64,000 bases of DNA from an uncultured Gemmatimonadaceae bacterium (GCA_963829055.1 CAWHHI010000020.1:480001-544000); one strand, 5' to 3'; positions 42,952 through 55,025 are shown, numbered from the stretch's first letter. Made by a program: numbers and translations. The notes: generated by a model not told the origin, from the letters alone.

Positions 42952-45828
42952 GCGAGCGTCCAGGAAGTGCCGAAGGTGGCCCGTCGTCCCTCGGTGCGCT
43001 CAACGACTGGGCGCGGATCGAGCCACTCATCGACGCGGTGCTCGACGCGCCACCGGATCGGCGGGACGTGGTCGCCCGGGAACTGAGCGGCGGCGACGAC
43101 GCCGTGTACGCCCGGCTGCAGGGTCTGGCCGCCGATTGTGCGAAAGACCACCGCCTTCTGGACCGACCGGCGGCCGAGCGCTTCGCGTCATTGTTCGATC
43201 CGGACCCGTTCCCCATTCCGGAGACGCACCTGACCGACCGCCTCTCGGCCGCAGTTGCGGACCGCTACCGGATCGAGCGCGAGCTCGGCTCGGGCGGTAT
43301 GGCGACCGTCTACCTGGCGCAGGATCTCAAGCACGACCGCAAGGTCGCGCTCAAGGTCTTGAAACCCGAGCTGGCCGCCGTGTTAGGCGCCGAGCGGTTC
43401 GTGGTCGAGATCAAGACGACCGCGGCGCTGCAGCACCCGCAGATCCTGCCGCTCTTCGATAGTGGCACCGCCGACGGATTTCTCTATTACGTCATGCCGT
43501 TCATCGACGGCGAGACGCTGCGCGCGAAGCTCGATCGGGAGAAGCAGCTGAGCGTCGGCGAGGCCGTGAAGATCACCACCGAGGTTGCCAACGCCCTGGA
43601 TTACGCCCACCGCCACGGCGTGGTCCACCGCGACATCAAGCCGGAGAACATCCTGCTCCACGAGGGCCGGCCGGTGGTGGCCGACTTCGGCATCGCGCTG
43701 GCCGTGAGCGCGGCAGCGGGCGGCAGGATGACGGAGCCGGGCCTGTCGTTAGGCACGCCGCACTACATGAGCCCCGAGCAGGCGACGGCGGAGCAAGGAG
43801 ATCACCGCGCGCTCCGACATCTACTCGCTCGCGAGCGTGCTCTACGAGATGCTCACCGGCGAGCCACCCCACCACGGCGGATCGGCGCAGCAGATCATCA
43901 TGAAGATCGTCACCGAGGAAGCGCAGCCGCTGACCCGGCGGCGCAAGTCGGTGCCGACGAATGTCGAGGCCGCGGTGGCACAGGCACTCGAAAAGCTTCC
44001 CGCCGACCGGTTCGAGACCGCAGCGAAGTTCGCGGAAGCGCTGAGAGATCCACATTTCACGACGCGTACCGACTCAGCCACGTGCCGTTAGGCAGGGCGC
44101 AGCACGCACGCCGCCCGTCGCGCGGTGGCTCGTTGGACTTGGACTCCTCGCGGCAGGGCGCCGTTGGCTGGGTGCTCCACCCACGCGGGGCCAGCCTGCC
44201 AGCCCCGGTGACGCACCTCACGATTCCGGTCCCGGGCGGCCTCGATGGAGAGGGCATCTTCCCGATGCTCGCCGTCTCGCCAGATGGCCGCTCCGTTGTC
44301 TACTTCCAGGGTGGCACCCTGTACAGGCAACGATTGGAGCGCGATGCACCCGAATCGCTCGCCACCTTCGCGATGGGCTGCTGCCCGCAGTTCGCGGAGG
44401 GCGGACGGTCGGTGCTGGTCGGTAACGCCACTCGCTTCGGGGGTGAATTGCGAATGGTGGCACTCTCCGGCGGACCGATCGTGAATGTCGCATCTCGACC
44501 GCTCGGAGAGGACATCATCAGCTCGGAATGGTTGCGCCCAGGCGTCTTCCGCCGCCACGCCGGCGACACCGCGTGGAAGCTCATCACGAAGCCGGACTCC
44601 GGAGGCGCGGTGGCCGCGTACATGTGGCCGCAGCTCCTCGAAGGTGGCCAGTCCGTGCTCTACACGATCATGGGGCCGAGCGGGATGTGGCACGACTCCA
44701 GGATCGTGCTCGAGGACCTAACGAGCGGCGAGCGCACGACCGTCGCGAGCGAGGGCACGTATGGCCGATACGTTCCGACGGGTCACGTGGTCTACATCCG
44801 CGACGATGGCACGGTGGAGGCGGTCCCATTCGACCTCCGTCGGCGGCGCGTGACCGGACGTGCATTCACGGTCGTCGAAGGCGTTCAGACCGGGTATTGG
44901 GGAGGCGCCGGCTCGTTCGCCATCTCCGACTCCGGGACATTCGCGTACGTCCGCGGATCGAACTGGCAACTGCATCAGCTGACGTGGGTCGACCGGCAGG
45001 GGAAGGTGGTGGGCCATGTCGGCGAACCGATCACCGCGGAGGGCGTGAGACTCTCACCCGACGAACGCTACGTCGTGACGTACGTGGCGTCGCCCAACGC
45101 GGATATCGCGCGGTTCGATGTCGCGACGGGCGAGCAACGCCGCCTGACGTTCGATCCGAAGACCGAGGACATTCCAGTGTGGTCCCGCGACGGGCGGCGC
45201 GTGGCGTACCGGCTCATCATGGGGGCGAACGACAACCGTATCGTGATGCGGGCGGCTGACGGACAGGGCGCGGTCGAGCACGTTGTATGCCCCACACCAT
45301 GGCGGGACGGTCCTTCCGCTCGACTTTACCCCGGACGACTCGGCGCTCGCACTCGAGGACGATGGATTGCTCATACTCCACCTCGCGAGCCAGCGCGTGG
45401 ACACGGTGAGCCGGAGCCGGAAGAGACAGGCTCAGTTCTCTCCCGATGGGCGTTGGCTGGCGTACACGGCGGAGGATACCGGACGGGAAGAAGTGTACGT
45501 CATCGCCTATCCGGCCCTCACCGGCAAGCAGCAGATCTCGACGACGGGCGGCCGGACTCCGGTGTGGTCGGCGCGAAGCGGAGAGCTGTTCTTTCTGAAG
45601 AACGACACCGTGATGGCGACGTCGGTGTCCACGCAGCCCAGCCTGGAGTGGACGACGCCACGAGCGCTGTTCGCACGACCAGATCTGGCGGCACTCGATT
45701 ATGGGTTCTCCGTATCGGCCGACGGGCGTCGGTTTCTGTACCCCGCCCGAAACCCCGACGCAGCGCCTCGGGAGATACACGTCGTCCTGAACTGGTTCGA
45801 GGAGCTGAAGGCCAGGGGCGCTCCGTGA
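42948..45828 (+). CDS. Ser/Thr protein kinase with C-terminal TolB-like beta-propeller (frameshifts)
   Basis: GTGA overlap with the sigma gene; LGSGGMATVY, VALK, HRDIKPEN, DFG, GTPHYMSPEQ; SPDG repeats; ends VVLNWFEELK. Confidence 0.9.
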
Positions 45829-46171
45829 CGGCGACCGTCAGGGCCGACGCGACCTGTACTCGTTAGGCTGCGTCCGAACACGGCCCCGCCGAGAACCGCG
45901 ACCGCGCGATTCGTCCGGACCAGATCGGCCAGGGGTCGCGACGTGTTCGCTCGACCTGGCATGCCAACATTGGCCTCGCCGCGCCACGCCAAGCTACGGA
46001 CGATTCATGACGTCAGGCCACGGCACCGTGCGCCGAGCGTCGCCGGGCAGCCCATAGTGCGCATTCGGCCGGAGTTTCCTAAGTTCTCACAACGGAGGGC
46101 CGGCGCTCGTTGAGCGGCGACGGCCCCGCCGCACCCCTCGAAGATCCTCGTTCGGCACGCACACGAAAGCT

Positions 46172-48457
46172 CTACGCGGGCGACGGCCGAGAGTCCACCG
46201 CAGGCCTGAGAACACGGGCGAAGCGCGACTCGCCACGCAGCGGATCGAACACCGGTCGGACCGCGATCCACGGCAGGTCGGTGGCGCGCACCCGCCGCGC
46301 GGCGTCGAGTGCGTCGAGCGCCCGCTCGTGCTCGCCCAAAGCCGTGTGGACCTGCGCCAAAAGCACCGGCGAAACGTAGCCGCCCCTCGCGCGCTGCTCG
46401 AGCGACGCGAGAGCCTCGCGCGCCCGGCGCTCGTCCAGCCGGACGAGCGTGACTCCCGAGGCGGCGGTGACCTCTGCGCTCTCCCCCATCAGCCCAGCGG
46501 CGTCGCGCAGGTGCGCCAGCGCGGCGGCGTCGTCCCCAACCTCCCGGCGCGCGCAGCCGAGGAAGTAATGCGCCATGCCGAACCGCGGGTTGCCCTCGAT
46601 GATCGCGCCGAGCCTCGCAATCGCCTCATGGAAGTCGCGCTCGTAATAGCGCATGACTCCCTCACTCAGCGCCACCACAGGTGACAGCGGGTCCAGCTCT
46701 CGCGCGCGGGCGAGCTGCTCCCGGCCCTCGCTAAAGCGGCCGAGTGGCACGAGGAAGTTGGTCGCGTACCATTGCGCCGGCGTCGGCATCTGCCGGTTCG
46801 ACTCGATCGCCGCGCGAAAGTCGGCTTCCGCCTCGGGCCACTTCCAGTCGAAGAGTGCCAGCACGCAGGCACGGGCAGAGAGCGCACCCTCGTGCCGCGG
46901 GTCGCGCGCCAGAGCGCGCTCAGCCGCCTGGCGCGCGGATGGCATCTCGACGTCAGGCGCCGCAACCCCGTAAATAGCCCTCGTCACATGCAACTCGGCG
47001 AGCGCCGCGAGGGCCGGGACGAACCCGGAGTCGAGTTCGAGCGCTTCCTGCAGGAGAGTGAGGCTGCGGCCGAGGCCAGCACTCGTGCGCCGATTCCACT
47101 CGTATCGCGCCTCGAGGTAGCGCTCGTAGGCAGCCACGTTATTCGTGCGCGACTCGACCAGCGGCGCTTCCGGCGTGAGCAACTGCACCCTGAGCGCGTC
47201 GACGATCGAGCGCGCGATCTCGTCCTGCACGTCGAATACGTCGGTCAACGCGCGGTCATACCGCTCCGTCCAGCGCTCGAAGCCGGTCGCTACGTCGATG
47301 AGCTGCACGGTGATCCGCAGTCGATTCCCTGAGCGCCGCAGGCTCCCTTCCAAGACAGTGCCGACCTGGAGCTGGCGGCCAATGGCGCGGACGTCCTCCG
47401 TGCGGCCCTTGAACGCGAACGCCAATGTGCGCGCCACGACCCGCAGGCCATCGAGCTTCGCCAGCGCGTGGATCAGCTCCTCGGTGATCCCGTCGCTCAG
47501 GAACTCGTTCTCCGCGTCGGCATTGTGATTGGCGAGCGGCAGCACCGCGATGGAAGGGGTGGATGCCGGGCGCGGTGCCCCGACACGCACAGTCCTCGAC
47601 GGGCGCTCACCGTCGCCTAACGCTCGCAGGAACTCCTCGACCGAGGAGTAGCGTGCGTCCGGGTCCCGCGAGAGGGCGCGGGCGATCGCCTCCTCGACGT
47701 GCCCTGGGATGGCGATCTCTCCCGACGATGAGAGCCGCGGGGCGGGTTCGCTCATCTTGCGCATCAGCGTGGCCATCGCCGTGCCGCCGCTGAACGGCGG
47801 CGTCCCGGCCAGCATCTCGTAGAGCACGCAGGCGAGACTGTAGATGTCGCTCCGGAAGTCGGTAACGCGCTCGCCTAACGCCTGCTCGGGGCTGATGTAA
47901 TGTGGGGTGCCCAGGCCAAACCCCGTCTGCGTCAGCCGCTCGGTATCGGCCGCGTCCAGGGCAGAGGCGATGCCGAAGTCGGCAACCATGGCGTGCCCCG
48001 ACGAGAAGAGAACGTTTTCCGGTTTCACGTCCCAATGGACGATCCCCCGTCCATGCGCGAATGCGAGCGCGTCACCGATCTCCGTGGTAATGCGCAGCGC
48101 CTCCTCGAGCTCCAACATGCCGTCGCGCCGGAGGCGGCTCCGCAGGGTGTCGCCCTCGATGTACGGCATGACGTAGAAGATCACCCCGTCGGCGTTCCCG
48201 GAGTCGTAGACCGGAAGGATGTTCGGGTGCTGGAGCTGGGCGGCGATCCGGATCTCACGCAGGAAGCGCTCGGCGCCGACATCGGTCGCGGTCTCGGGCC
48301 TGAGGAACTTGACCGCGACCGCGCGAGCGTGCTTCACATCCGAGGCTCGGTAGACGTACGCCATCCCGCCGCTGCCGATGGCACGCTCGATCACGTAGTG
48401 CGTGCCGAACGCCGCGCCGAAGCGGTCGAGGAAATCAGCGATCCACGGATCGGTCAT
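46172..48457 (-). CDS. Ser/Thr protein kinase with TolB-N-like and TPR domains
   Basis: IGSGGMAYVY, HWDVKPEN, DFG, GTPHYISPEQ, SIAVLPL, TPR helices, DPLRGESRF. Confidence 0.9.
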   Translation of the reverse strand: MTDPWIADFLDRFGAAFGTHYVIERAIGSGGMAYVYRASDVKHARAVAVKFLRPETATDVGAERFLREIRIAAQLQHPNILPVYDSGNADGVIFYVMPYIEGDTLRSRLRRDGMLELEEALRITTEIGDALAFAHGRGIVHWDVKPENVLFSSGHAMVADFGIASALDAADTERLTQTGFGLGTPHYISPEQALGERVTDFRSDIYSLACVLYEMLAGTPPFSGGTAMATLMRKMSEPAPRLSSSGEIAIPGHVEEAIARALSRDPDARYSSVEEFLRALGDGERPSRTVRVGAPRPASTPSIAVLPLANHNADAENEFLSDGITEELIHALAKLDGLRVVARTLAFAFKGRTEDVRAIGRQLQVGTVLEGSLRRSGNRLRITVQLIDVATGFERWTERYDRALTDVFDVQDEIARSIVDALRVQLLTPEAPLVESRTNNVAAYERYLEARYEWNRRTSAGLGRSLTLLQEALELDSGFVPALAALAELHVTRAIYGVAAPDVEMPSARQAAERALARDPRHEGALSARACVLALFDWKWPEAEADFRAAIESNRQMPTPAQWYATNFLVPLGRFSEGREQLARARELDPLSPVVALSEGVMRYYERDFHEAIARLGAIIEGNPRFGMAHYFLGCARREVGDDAAALAHLRDAAGLMGESAEVTAASGVTLVRLDERRAREALASLEQRARGGYVSPVLLAQVHTALGEHERALDALDAARRVRATDLPWIAVRPVFDPLRGESRFARVLRPAVDSRPSPA

Positions 48458-48605
48458 GGCATGTCATCATACGGGCGCTCTCGGGCTCGAGCCAGCGCGA
48501 TCGGCCGGTGTCGACTGTGCCCGCGCGCAGCACAACGAGCCACTTGACCACCCTTCCCCAGAACGCTACGGTGCCCGCTAGCTACGCGTAGGAGGCCCCA
48601 ACCGA

Positions 48606-51600
48606 ATGCAGTGCCCTCGCTGCCAGCAAGCCAACGAAGCCGGCGCCAAGTTCTGCGAGCAATGCGCCGCGCCACTCTCGCGGGCGTGCGGGCGGTGCGG
48701 GCATCCGCTCTCGGCGACGTCCAAGTTCTGTCCCGAATGCGCTCACCCCACGAGCCTGGCGCCAGCCGGCCCGCCAGCCCGACGCTTCGCCGCTCCCGAG
48801 GACTACACGCCCAGGCATCTGGCCGAGCGGATCCTCCGCTCCAGAGACGCGCTGACGGGCGAGCGCAAGCAAGTGACGGTGCTGTTCGCCGACCTCAAGG
48901 GCTCGATGGAGCTGCTGGCCGATCGCGATCCGGAGGAGGCCCGCGCGCTTCTCGATCCGGTGCTCGAGCGGATGATGGACGCCGTACACCGCTACGAGGG
49001 CACGGTGAACCAGGTCATGGGCGACGGCATCATGGCGCTGTTCGGCGCGCCGCTCGCCCACGAGGATCACGCCGTGCGCGCGTGCTACGCCGCGCTCGAT
49101 CTGCAGGCGGCGATGCGCCGCTACGCCGAGGATGCGCGCCGGGACTTCGGCGTCGAGCCGCGAGTGCGCATCGGCTTGAACTCCGGCGAGGTGGTCGTGC
49201 GCGCCATCGGCAGCGACCTGCACATGGACTACTCCGCGATCGGCCAGACCACGCATCTGGCCGCCCGGATGGAACAGCTCGCCGCGCCGGGTAGCATCCG
49301 GGTCACCGCCGACACGCTGCGGCTGGCCGAGGGGTACGTGGAGGCGAAGTCCCTCGGCCCCGTGCCGGTCAAGGGGCTCGAGACGCCGATCGAGGTCTAC
49401 GACCTCGTCGGCGCCGACCCGCAGGGCTCCCGCCTGCACGCGTCCGTCGGCTCGCGGACTGACGCGATTCGTCGGGCGCGATCGGGAGCTCGACGCCCTC
49501 GCCGACGGGCTCGCGCGCGCCGCAGCCGGGCACGGCCAGGTCGTGGCCGTCGTCGGCGAGCCCGGTGTCGGCAAGTCGCGCCTGGTCTGGGAGGTGAGCC
49601 ACTCGTCCCGCGCCGACGGCTGGCGGGTTCTCCACGCGCGCTCGGTCTCCTACGGCAAGGCCATGCCGTACCTGCCGATCATCGACCTGCTCAAGGGCTA
49701 CTTTCAGATCGAGGAGCGCGACGACGCGCGCGCGATTCGCGAGAAGGTCACGGGCCGGCTGCTGACGCTCGACCGCGCGATGGAGCCGGCATTGTCGCCG
49801 ATCCTGGCTCTGCTGGACGCCTCGCCGGACGACGCCGAGTGGCAGAACCTGGATCCGCCGCAGCGGCGCCGGCGCACCCTGGAGGCGGTCAAGCGCCTCC
49901 TGCTGCGCGAGAGCCATGTGCAGCCGCTCCTGCTGGTGTTCGAGGACCTCCACTGGATCGACAACGAGACGCAGGCCTTCCTCGACGGCCTCGTGGACAG
50001 CGCACCCACCGCGCGCGTGCTGCTGCTCGTCGACGTACCGACCCGAATACCAGCACGGGTGGGGGAGCAAGACGTACTACACGCAGCTGCGGCTGGACCC
50101 GTTGCCTCCGGACAGTGCCGAGCGAGCTGCTCGGCGCCGTGCTCGGGAGCGACGCGGGCGTGCGGTCGCTCGCCCCGCTGCTCATCGCCCGCACCCAGGG
50201 CAATCCCTTCTTCCTCGAGGAAAGCCTTCGCGCGCTCGTGGAGACCGGCGTGCTCGCCGGTGAACGCGGCGCGTACCGCCTAACGAGGGCGGTGGGCGCC
50301 GTGGCGGTGCCCGCGACCGTCCAGGCGGTCCTGGCGGCGCGGATCGACCGGCTCCCGCCGGAGCAGAAGGCGCTGCTACAGATGGCGTCCGTGATCGGGA
50401 GGGACGTGCCGTTCGCGCTCCTGCGGGCGATCGCAGACCACGACGAGTACGATCTGCGCGGCGCCCTGGCCGATCTCCAGGCCGCCGAGTTCCTCTACGA
50501 GGCGCGGCTCTTTCCCGATCTCGAGTACACGTTCAAGCACGCGCTGACCCACGAGGTGGCGTACGCCAGCCTCCTCCACGAGCGGCGCCGGACCCTGCAC
50601 GGCCGCCTCGTCGCCGCGATCGAGGAGCTCTATGCCGACCGTCTGGCCGAGCAGATCGACAGCCTCGCGCACCATGCGTTCCGCGGAGGGGTGTGGGACA
50701 AGGCCGTGTCCTACCTGCGCGAGGCCGGCGCCCGCGCGCTGGGCCGCTCGGCGAACCGCGAGGCGGCGGCGTACTTCGAGCAGGCGGTCGCCGCGGTCGA
50801 GCGCTTGCCCCGGGACGCGGACGCGATCCGGACCTCCATCGACCTGCGCGTGCAACTGCGGACGTCACTGTATCCACTCGGCGAGGACGATGATCGGATC
50901 ATCGAGCACCTGCGCGTCGGCGAGCGACTGGCCGCCGAGCTCGGCGACAACCGCCTGCGGTCCCGGATGATCGCGTTCCAGGCGCACATCGCGTGGTCGA
51001 CGAGCGACCCGATGCGCGCGATCGCGCTGTCCGAGCAAGCGCTCGCCCACGCGGAAGGCGAGTCGGACCTCGGGTTGACGGTGCTGGCGTCGTTCTTCCT
51101 CGGGCAGGCATGCCACTCCCACGGCGACTACCAGCGCGGCATCGCGGTGCTCACTGCCAATATCGATCGCCTGTCCCCCGACATGCTCGGCGAGCGATTC
51201 GGAATGGGACTGCCGGCGTCGGTGGTCACGCGGGTGTGGCTCGCGTTCTGCCTCGCCTACGTCGGGCGCTTCGGCGAGGCTCGCGCGCGCGCCGACGAGG
51301 CGGGGCAGATCACCCGGGCACTGGGGCCGCGGCCGTACACCGATTTTCATTCGCTGGTGGCCGCGGGGCTTGTCTCCTCCATGCAGGGCGATCCCGCGTC
51401 CGCGATCCCGAGCCTGGAGGGCGCGCTCGAGGTGGCGCGCCACGGCAATCTCAACCTCATGGTCAGTGCCGCGCTCGGCTGGCTCGCCCACGGCTACCTG
51501 GTCGGCGGGCGCCCGTCGGACGCCGTCGTCGCGCTGGAGGAGTCGTTGTCCCAGAAGGCCGAACTCAGGTTCGGCGCGTTTCACCACCACAGCCTGGCCC

Positions 51601-51986
51601 TGCTCGCCGAGGCCCAGCTCCAGGTGGGGAACGTGATCGAGGCGGAACGCCTGGCCGGGCAGGCGGTAGAGGGGTGCCGGCGCCAGCACCAGCGCGGGTG
51701 GGAGGCCGACAGCCTGCGCGTGCTCGCCGAGACCGCCGCGCATCCGAACCGCCTCGCGCCCGAAAAGGCTGCCGCCGGCTACCGAGACGCCTTGGCCCTC
51801 GCCAGTGAGCTCGGCATGCGGCCGCTCGTCGCGCACTGCCGGCTCGGCCTGGGCAACCTCTGCCGCCTAACGGGCGACCGCAGTCAGGCCCGCGAGCACC
51901 TCGCGGCGGCGAGCGAGATGTACGACGAGATGGACATGCCGTCGTGGCGAGGCCAGGTCGCGGTGGCCCTGCGGGACGTCACGTGA
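48606..51986 (+). CDS. Adenylate/guanylate cyclase with double zinc ribbon, STAND/AAA NTPase and TPR (compensating internal frameshifts)
   Basis: CPRC/CEQC/CGRC/CPEC; VTVLFADLKGS, GDGIMALFGAP; Walker A GEPGVGKS in ORF 49543..50283; FEDLHWID; GNPFFLEE. Confidence 0.9.
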   Translation: MQCPRCQQANEAGAKFCEQCAAPLSRACGRCGHPLSATSKFCPECAHPTSLAPAGPPARRFAAPEDYTPRHLAERILRSRDALTGERKQVTVLFADLKGSMELLADRDPEEARALLDPVLERMMDAVHRYEGTVNQVMGDGIMALFGAPLAHEDHAVRACYAALDLQAAMRRYAEDARRDFGVEPRVRIGLNSGEVVVRAIGSDLHMDYSAIGQTTHLAARMEQLAAPGSIRVTADTLRLAEGYVEAKSLGPVPVKGLETPIEVYDLVGADPQGSRLHASVGSRTDAIRRARSGARRPRRRARARRSRARPGRGRRRRARCRQVAPGLGGEPLVPRRRLAGSPRALGLLRQGHAVPADHRPAQGLLSDRGARRRARDSREGHGPAADARPRDGAGIVADPGSAGRLAGRRRVAEPGSAAAAPAHPGGGQAPPAAREPCAAAPAGVRGPPLDRQRDAGLPRRPRGQRTHRARAAARRRTDPNTSTGGGARRTTRSCGWTRCLRTVPSELLGAVLGSDAGVRSLAPLLIARTQGNPFFLEESLRALVETGVLAGERGAYRLTRAVGAVAVPATVQAVLAARIDRLPPEQKALLQMASVIGRDVPFALLRAIADHDEYDLRGALADLQAAEFLYEARLFPDLEYTFKHALTHEVAYASLLHERRRTLHGRLVAAIEELYADRLAEQIDSLAHHAFRGGVWDKAVSYLREAGARALGRSANREAAAYFEQAVAAVERLPRDADAIRTSIDLRVQLRTSLYPLGEDDDRIIEHLRVGERLAAELGDNRLRSRMIAFQAHIAWSTSDPMRAIALSEQALAHAEGESDLGLTVLASFFLGQACHSHGDYQRGIAVLTANIDRLSPDMLGERFGMGLPASVVTRVWLAFCLAYVGRFGEARARADEAGQITRALGPRPYTDFHSLVAAGLVSSMQGDPASAIPSLEGALEVARHGNLNLMVSAALGWLAHGYLVGGRPSDAVVALEESLSQKAELRFGAFHHHSLALLAEAQLQVGNVIEAERLAGQAVEGCRRQHQRGWEADSLRVLAETAAHPNRLAPEKAAAGYRDALALASELGMRPLVAHCRLGLGNLCRLTGDRSQAREHLAAASEMYDEMDMPSWRGQVAVALRDVT

Positions 51987-51999
51987 TGGGTCGGGAGGC

Positions 52000-53380
52000 T
52001 CAGAGGAACTCGAAGAACTCGGCGCGCTCCCAGTCCGACACCGAGTCACCGAAGGCGCTCGAGTCATAGTCGGCAACGGCTGCCCGGGCCTTCGCGACCT
52101 CGTGGCGCTTGACCGCCAGGAAGAGCTTGACGAACTCCTCGCCTAACGCGGCGCGCAGCGCTCCGTCGGCCTCGAACGCGTCGAGCGCGTCCTCGAGGCG
52201 CCGCGGCAGCGCGGTGACCCCGGGCAGGTCCCAGGCGATACCCCGCGCCTCGGTGGTCGGCTCGATCTTGTTCGCCAGCCCGTCGATGCCCGCCGCCAGC
52301 ACGCCCGCCATCACCAGGTAGGGGTTGGCGCTGCCGCATGGGATTCGGTTCTCGATGTGCGCGTTGCCGTTGTCGAGGTCCTTGATCCGGAACGCCGCGC
52401 TCCGGTTCTCCACGCCCCAGGTGATATTCGTCGGCGCCATCGAGTAGACCTTGTAGCGCTTGCCGCAGTTCACCGTGGGCGCGGCCAGCGCGGTCAGCGC
52501 CGTCGCGTGGGCCATCTGGCCACCCAGCCACCATCGGGCGACGTCGGTCAGCGTGCCGGACCGTCCGGCAAAGGCGTTGCGCCCCCGCTTCACGTCGAGC
52601 AGGCTCTGATGGTAGTGGCAGCCGTTGGCCGACTGGTCGGCATAGGGCTTCGTCATGAACGACGCCATGTAGCCCTGGCGCTGGGCGATCTCTTTCACGC
52701 CGGTCTTGAAGGTAAAGGCGTGGTCCGCGGCGTCGATGCCGATCGCCGGCGCGAAGTTGATCTCGAACTGTCCGCGGCCGGACTCGGCGTTGGCGGTGAT
52801 GACGTCCACGCCCGATTGCGATCATCCCGCGCACGACCTCGAACACGAACGCCTCGTCGAAGGCGTTGCGGATGGTGGAGAACATCTGCACCCCCGGAAA
52901 GACCGGCTGCCGGGTGGCGCGGTCGACCAGGTAGAACTCGTACTCGAAGCCGGAGAGGAGGCGATAGCCCATGGCCTCGAGCTGCTCGAGGAGGGCGCGC
53001 GCCACCGCGCGGGGCGCGGCCATCGCCGGCCGGCCGTCCAAGTGATACGGCTCGCACAGCAGCCGCGCCGTCCTGTCGGCCCACGGCAGCACGCGATAGG
53101 TGCTGAGGTCGGGACGGATCCTGGCGTCGGCGTAGCCGACTTCCTCGAGGTACCCAGTCCCGGTGGGGATGCCGAACTGCGCGTCGACGCCGAGCAGCCC
53201 GAGCACGAAGTTGAGACCGGACTCCGCGAAGTGCCGCACGTGGCGGGCGGGGACGATCTTCGACCGGGCGATCCCGTGCGTGTCGGACTGCTCGAAGCGG
53301 ACGAAGTCGACCTTGTCGGCCGCGATGCGGCGCTCGAGGGCGTCCAGGGGATCGGCAGCGCGCCGGCGGCGAACGGGCAT
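52000..53380 (-). CDS. Glutamine synthetase family protein, possibly a gamma-glutamyl-amine ligase (frameshift near 52815)
   Basis: DTHGIARSK, GFEYEFYL, ESGRGQFEI, FMTKP, NGCHYHQS, ENRSAAFR, ENRIPCGSANPYL. Confidence 0.88.
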
Positions 53381-55025
53381 GGGGCCTCCTATCACCAGGG
53401 CTGCCGGGTACTGTGGGCACCCGGCCGGGGCAAGTCAAGGCGAGGAACAGCGGCGGGCTCACGCTGCCACGGCGATCAAAGCGAAGACCCGCGTAGGCGG
53501 CTACTTGGTCGACCCTTTCTCCGCGCCGTGCAACGGGGACACAGCGGGAAAGTTACCTAACGAGACCTGCCCCAGATGGAAGATGAAGCAGGACGCCACC
53601 GATCAGCTGTTCCGGGGCGAGCCGTTCCGGATCGTGATGCGGAAGGCGCTCGCCACTTAGCAGCTGCGGCCGCCGGATCGCGGGGCGTCCCGCTCCCAGG
53701 CGGCTCCGGTTCGCCAGTGGGGAACGGGAACATTCAGGTGCGTCCGTAGCACTGTGTCTCGCGGGAGCGCGTGAGGAGGTTCGCGCCCCTGCCACCGCGC
53801 TGCCAACGAACCGGCGCCACGTTGGCGCCGCCGGAGTGCACGCGGGTCGCCGGCCGCGCCTGTTGTACCGTAGTCGCCGCGGCCAATGGCAGCGCGCTAG
53901 GCAGGCCGACCGGCCGGGCCGCCGGGCGGGTCAGAGGGGGATCAGCGTCACGGGCTCGACGTCGAACACGATTGTGCCGTCCGGCCAGATCCGTCACACC
54001 GAAAGCGATGGCCGCGTTAGGGTTGCCGGAGTTGTGACGGATGTCACGGATAGAATACCGGGAGAACGGCCCCGGTCACCTCCGGCTTCTTTCGCTTTGT
54101 TCGCATCCCGTAGACCTCGGTGATAACCCCGGAGACGGTGGACAATAAACCGCATTGGAGTCGTGGGAATAGTCGCGCTGCTGCTAACCGGCTGCGCCAC
54201 TGGAATCATCGGACGAACACAGCAAGTGGCGCTCGTCTCGGCGCGGCTTGTCGTCCCTCCATGATGCGTATCGGCCAAACGCCGCCTCGAAGTCCTTCAT
54301 GTGGAACGGTGGCTCGATGTCGTACCTGTCTGGTAGCGCAAGCCATTTCGGATCAAACTTCAGCACTTCTCGACGTTGGCCACGAACGCCGGGACGTATA
54401 ACGCGCGCGGGCTGGCCACCTTGAACAATGCAAGCTGTGTTTGCGCGTGACAGCCTCACATGTAGCTCGCTTGACAGCGGGCCACTCTGCTCGCGAGGCG
54501 AATGCCGCCGACGCGACACGCTTGAGGTCGGATCACGACTCGGCCTGTCGCTCGTTGAGGGACGCGTCGGCGGCGCTGAACGCGGCATCAGCGTTTCGAC
54601 TTTGCGACGCAGTCGAGCTCGGCGTGCGCAATGGGCGAATTGAACGATCGCGAAGAATCCAGCTTGACCGGGTGGGGCCGTTCCATTAGCGTAGCGTGCC
54701 ATTTGTTTACTGCTTGCACCGACGTTGGTGTGATTAGCAACGGTGTCGCCGCCACTGGTTCTGTCCTCCACAGGTACGCTGATGCCTGTATCGAGGTACT
54801 ATAGCCGCGTGGCGCGCCGGGTAAGCCGACTCACGCGCCCTTTCCGCATTTCTCACTAAGGCGACTTAGGGCGACCGCGGTTGGGGAGTCCTCCCCCGTG
54901 ATACGCCGAGCGATGTCAGGCTCCGCAGTTCGGCAACGCCGCGCCTCTGCACGGGCGACGGCGCTGTCATTGTTCGGTGATCGATCGCATAAGGCGGTGA
55001 CGGACGCCTAACGCCGCCGCGCGGG

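Noticed and set aside
53940..54070. Cyclic di-GMP-I riboswitch
   Set aside because: A GAAA loop and a flanking stem are present, but the GGCAAA/GCAAA signature and two-stem layout are not recognisable.
54184..54771. 195-aa ORF as a real gene
   Set aside because: No recognisable motifs and atypical codon usage; at most the C-terminal part might be a small gene.
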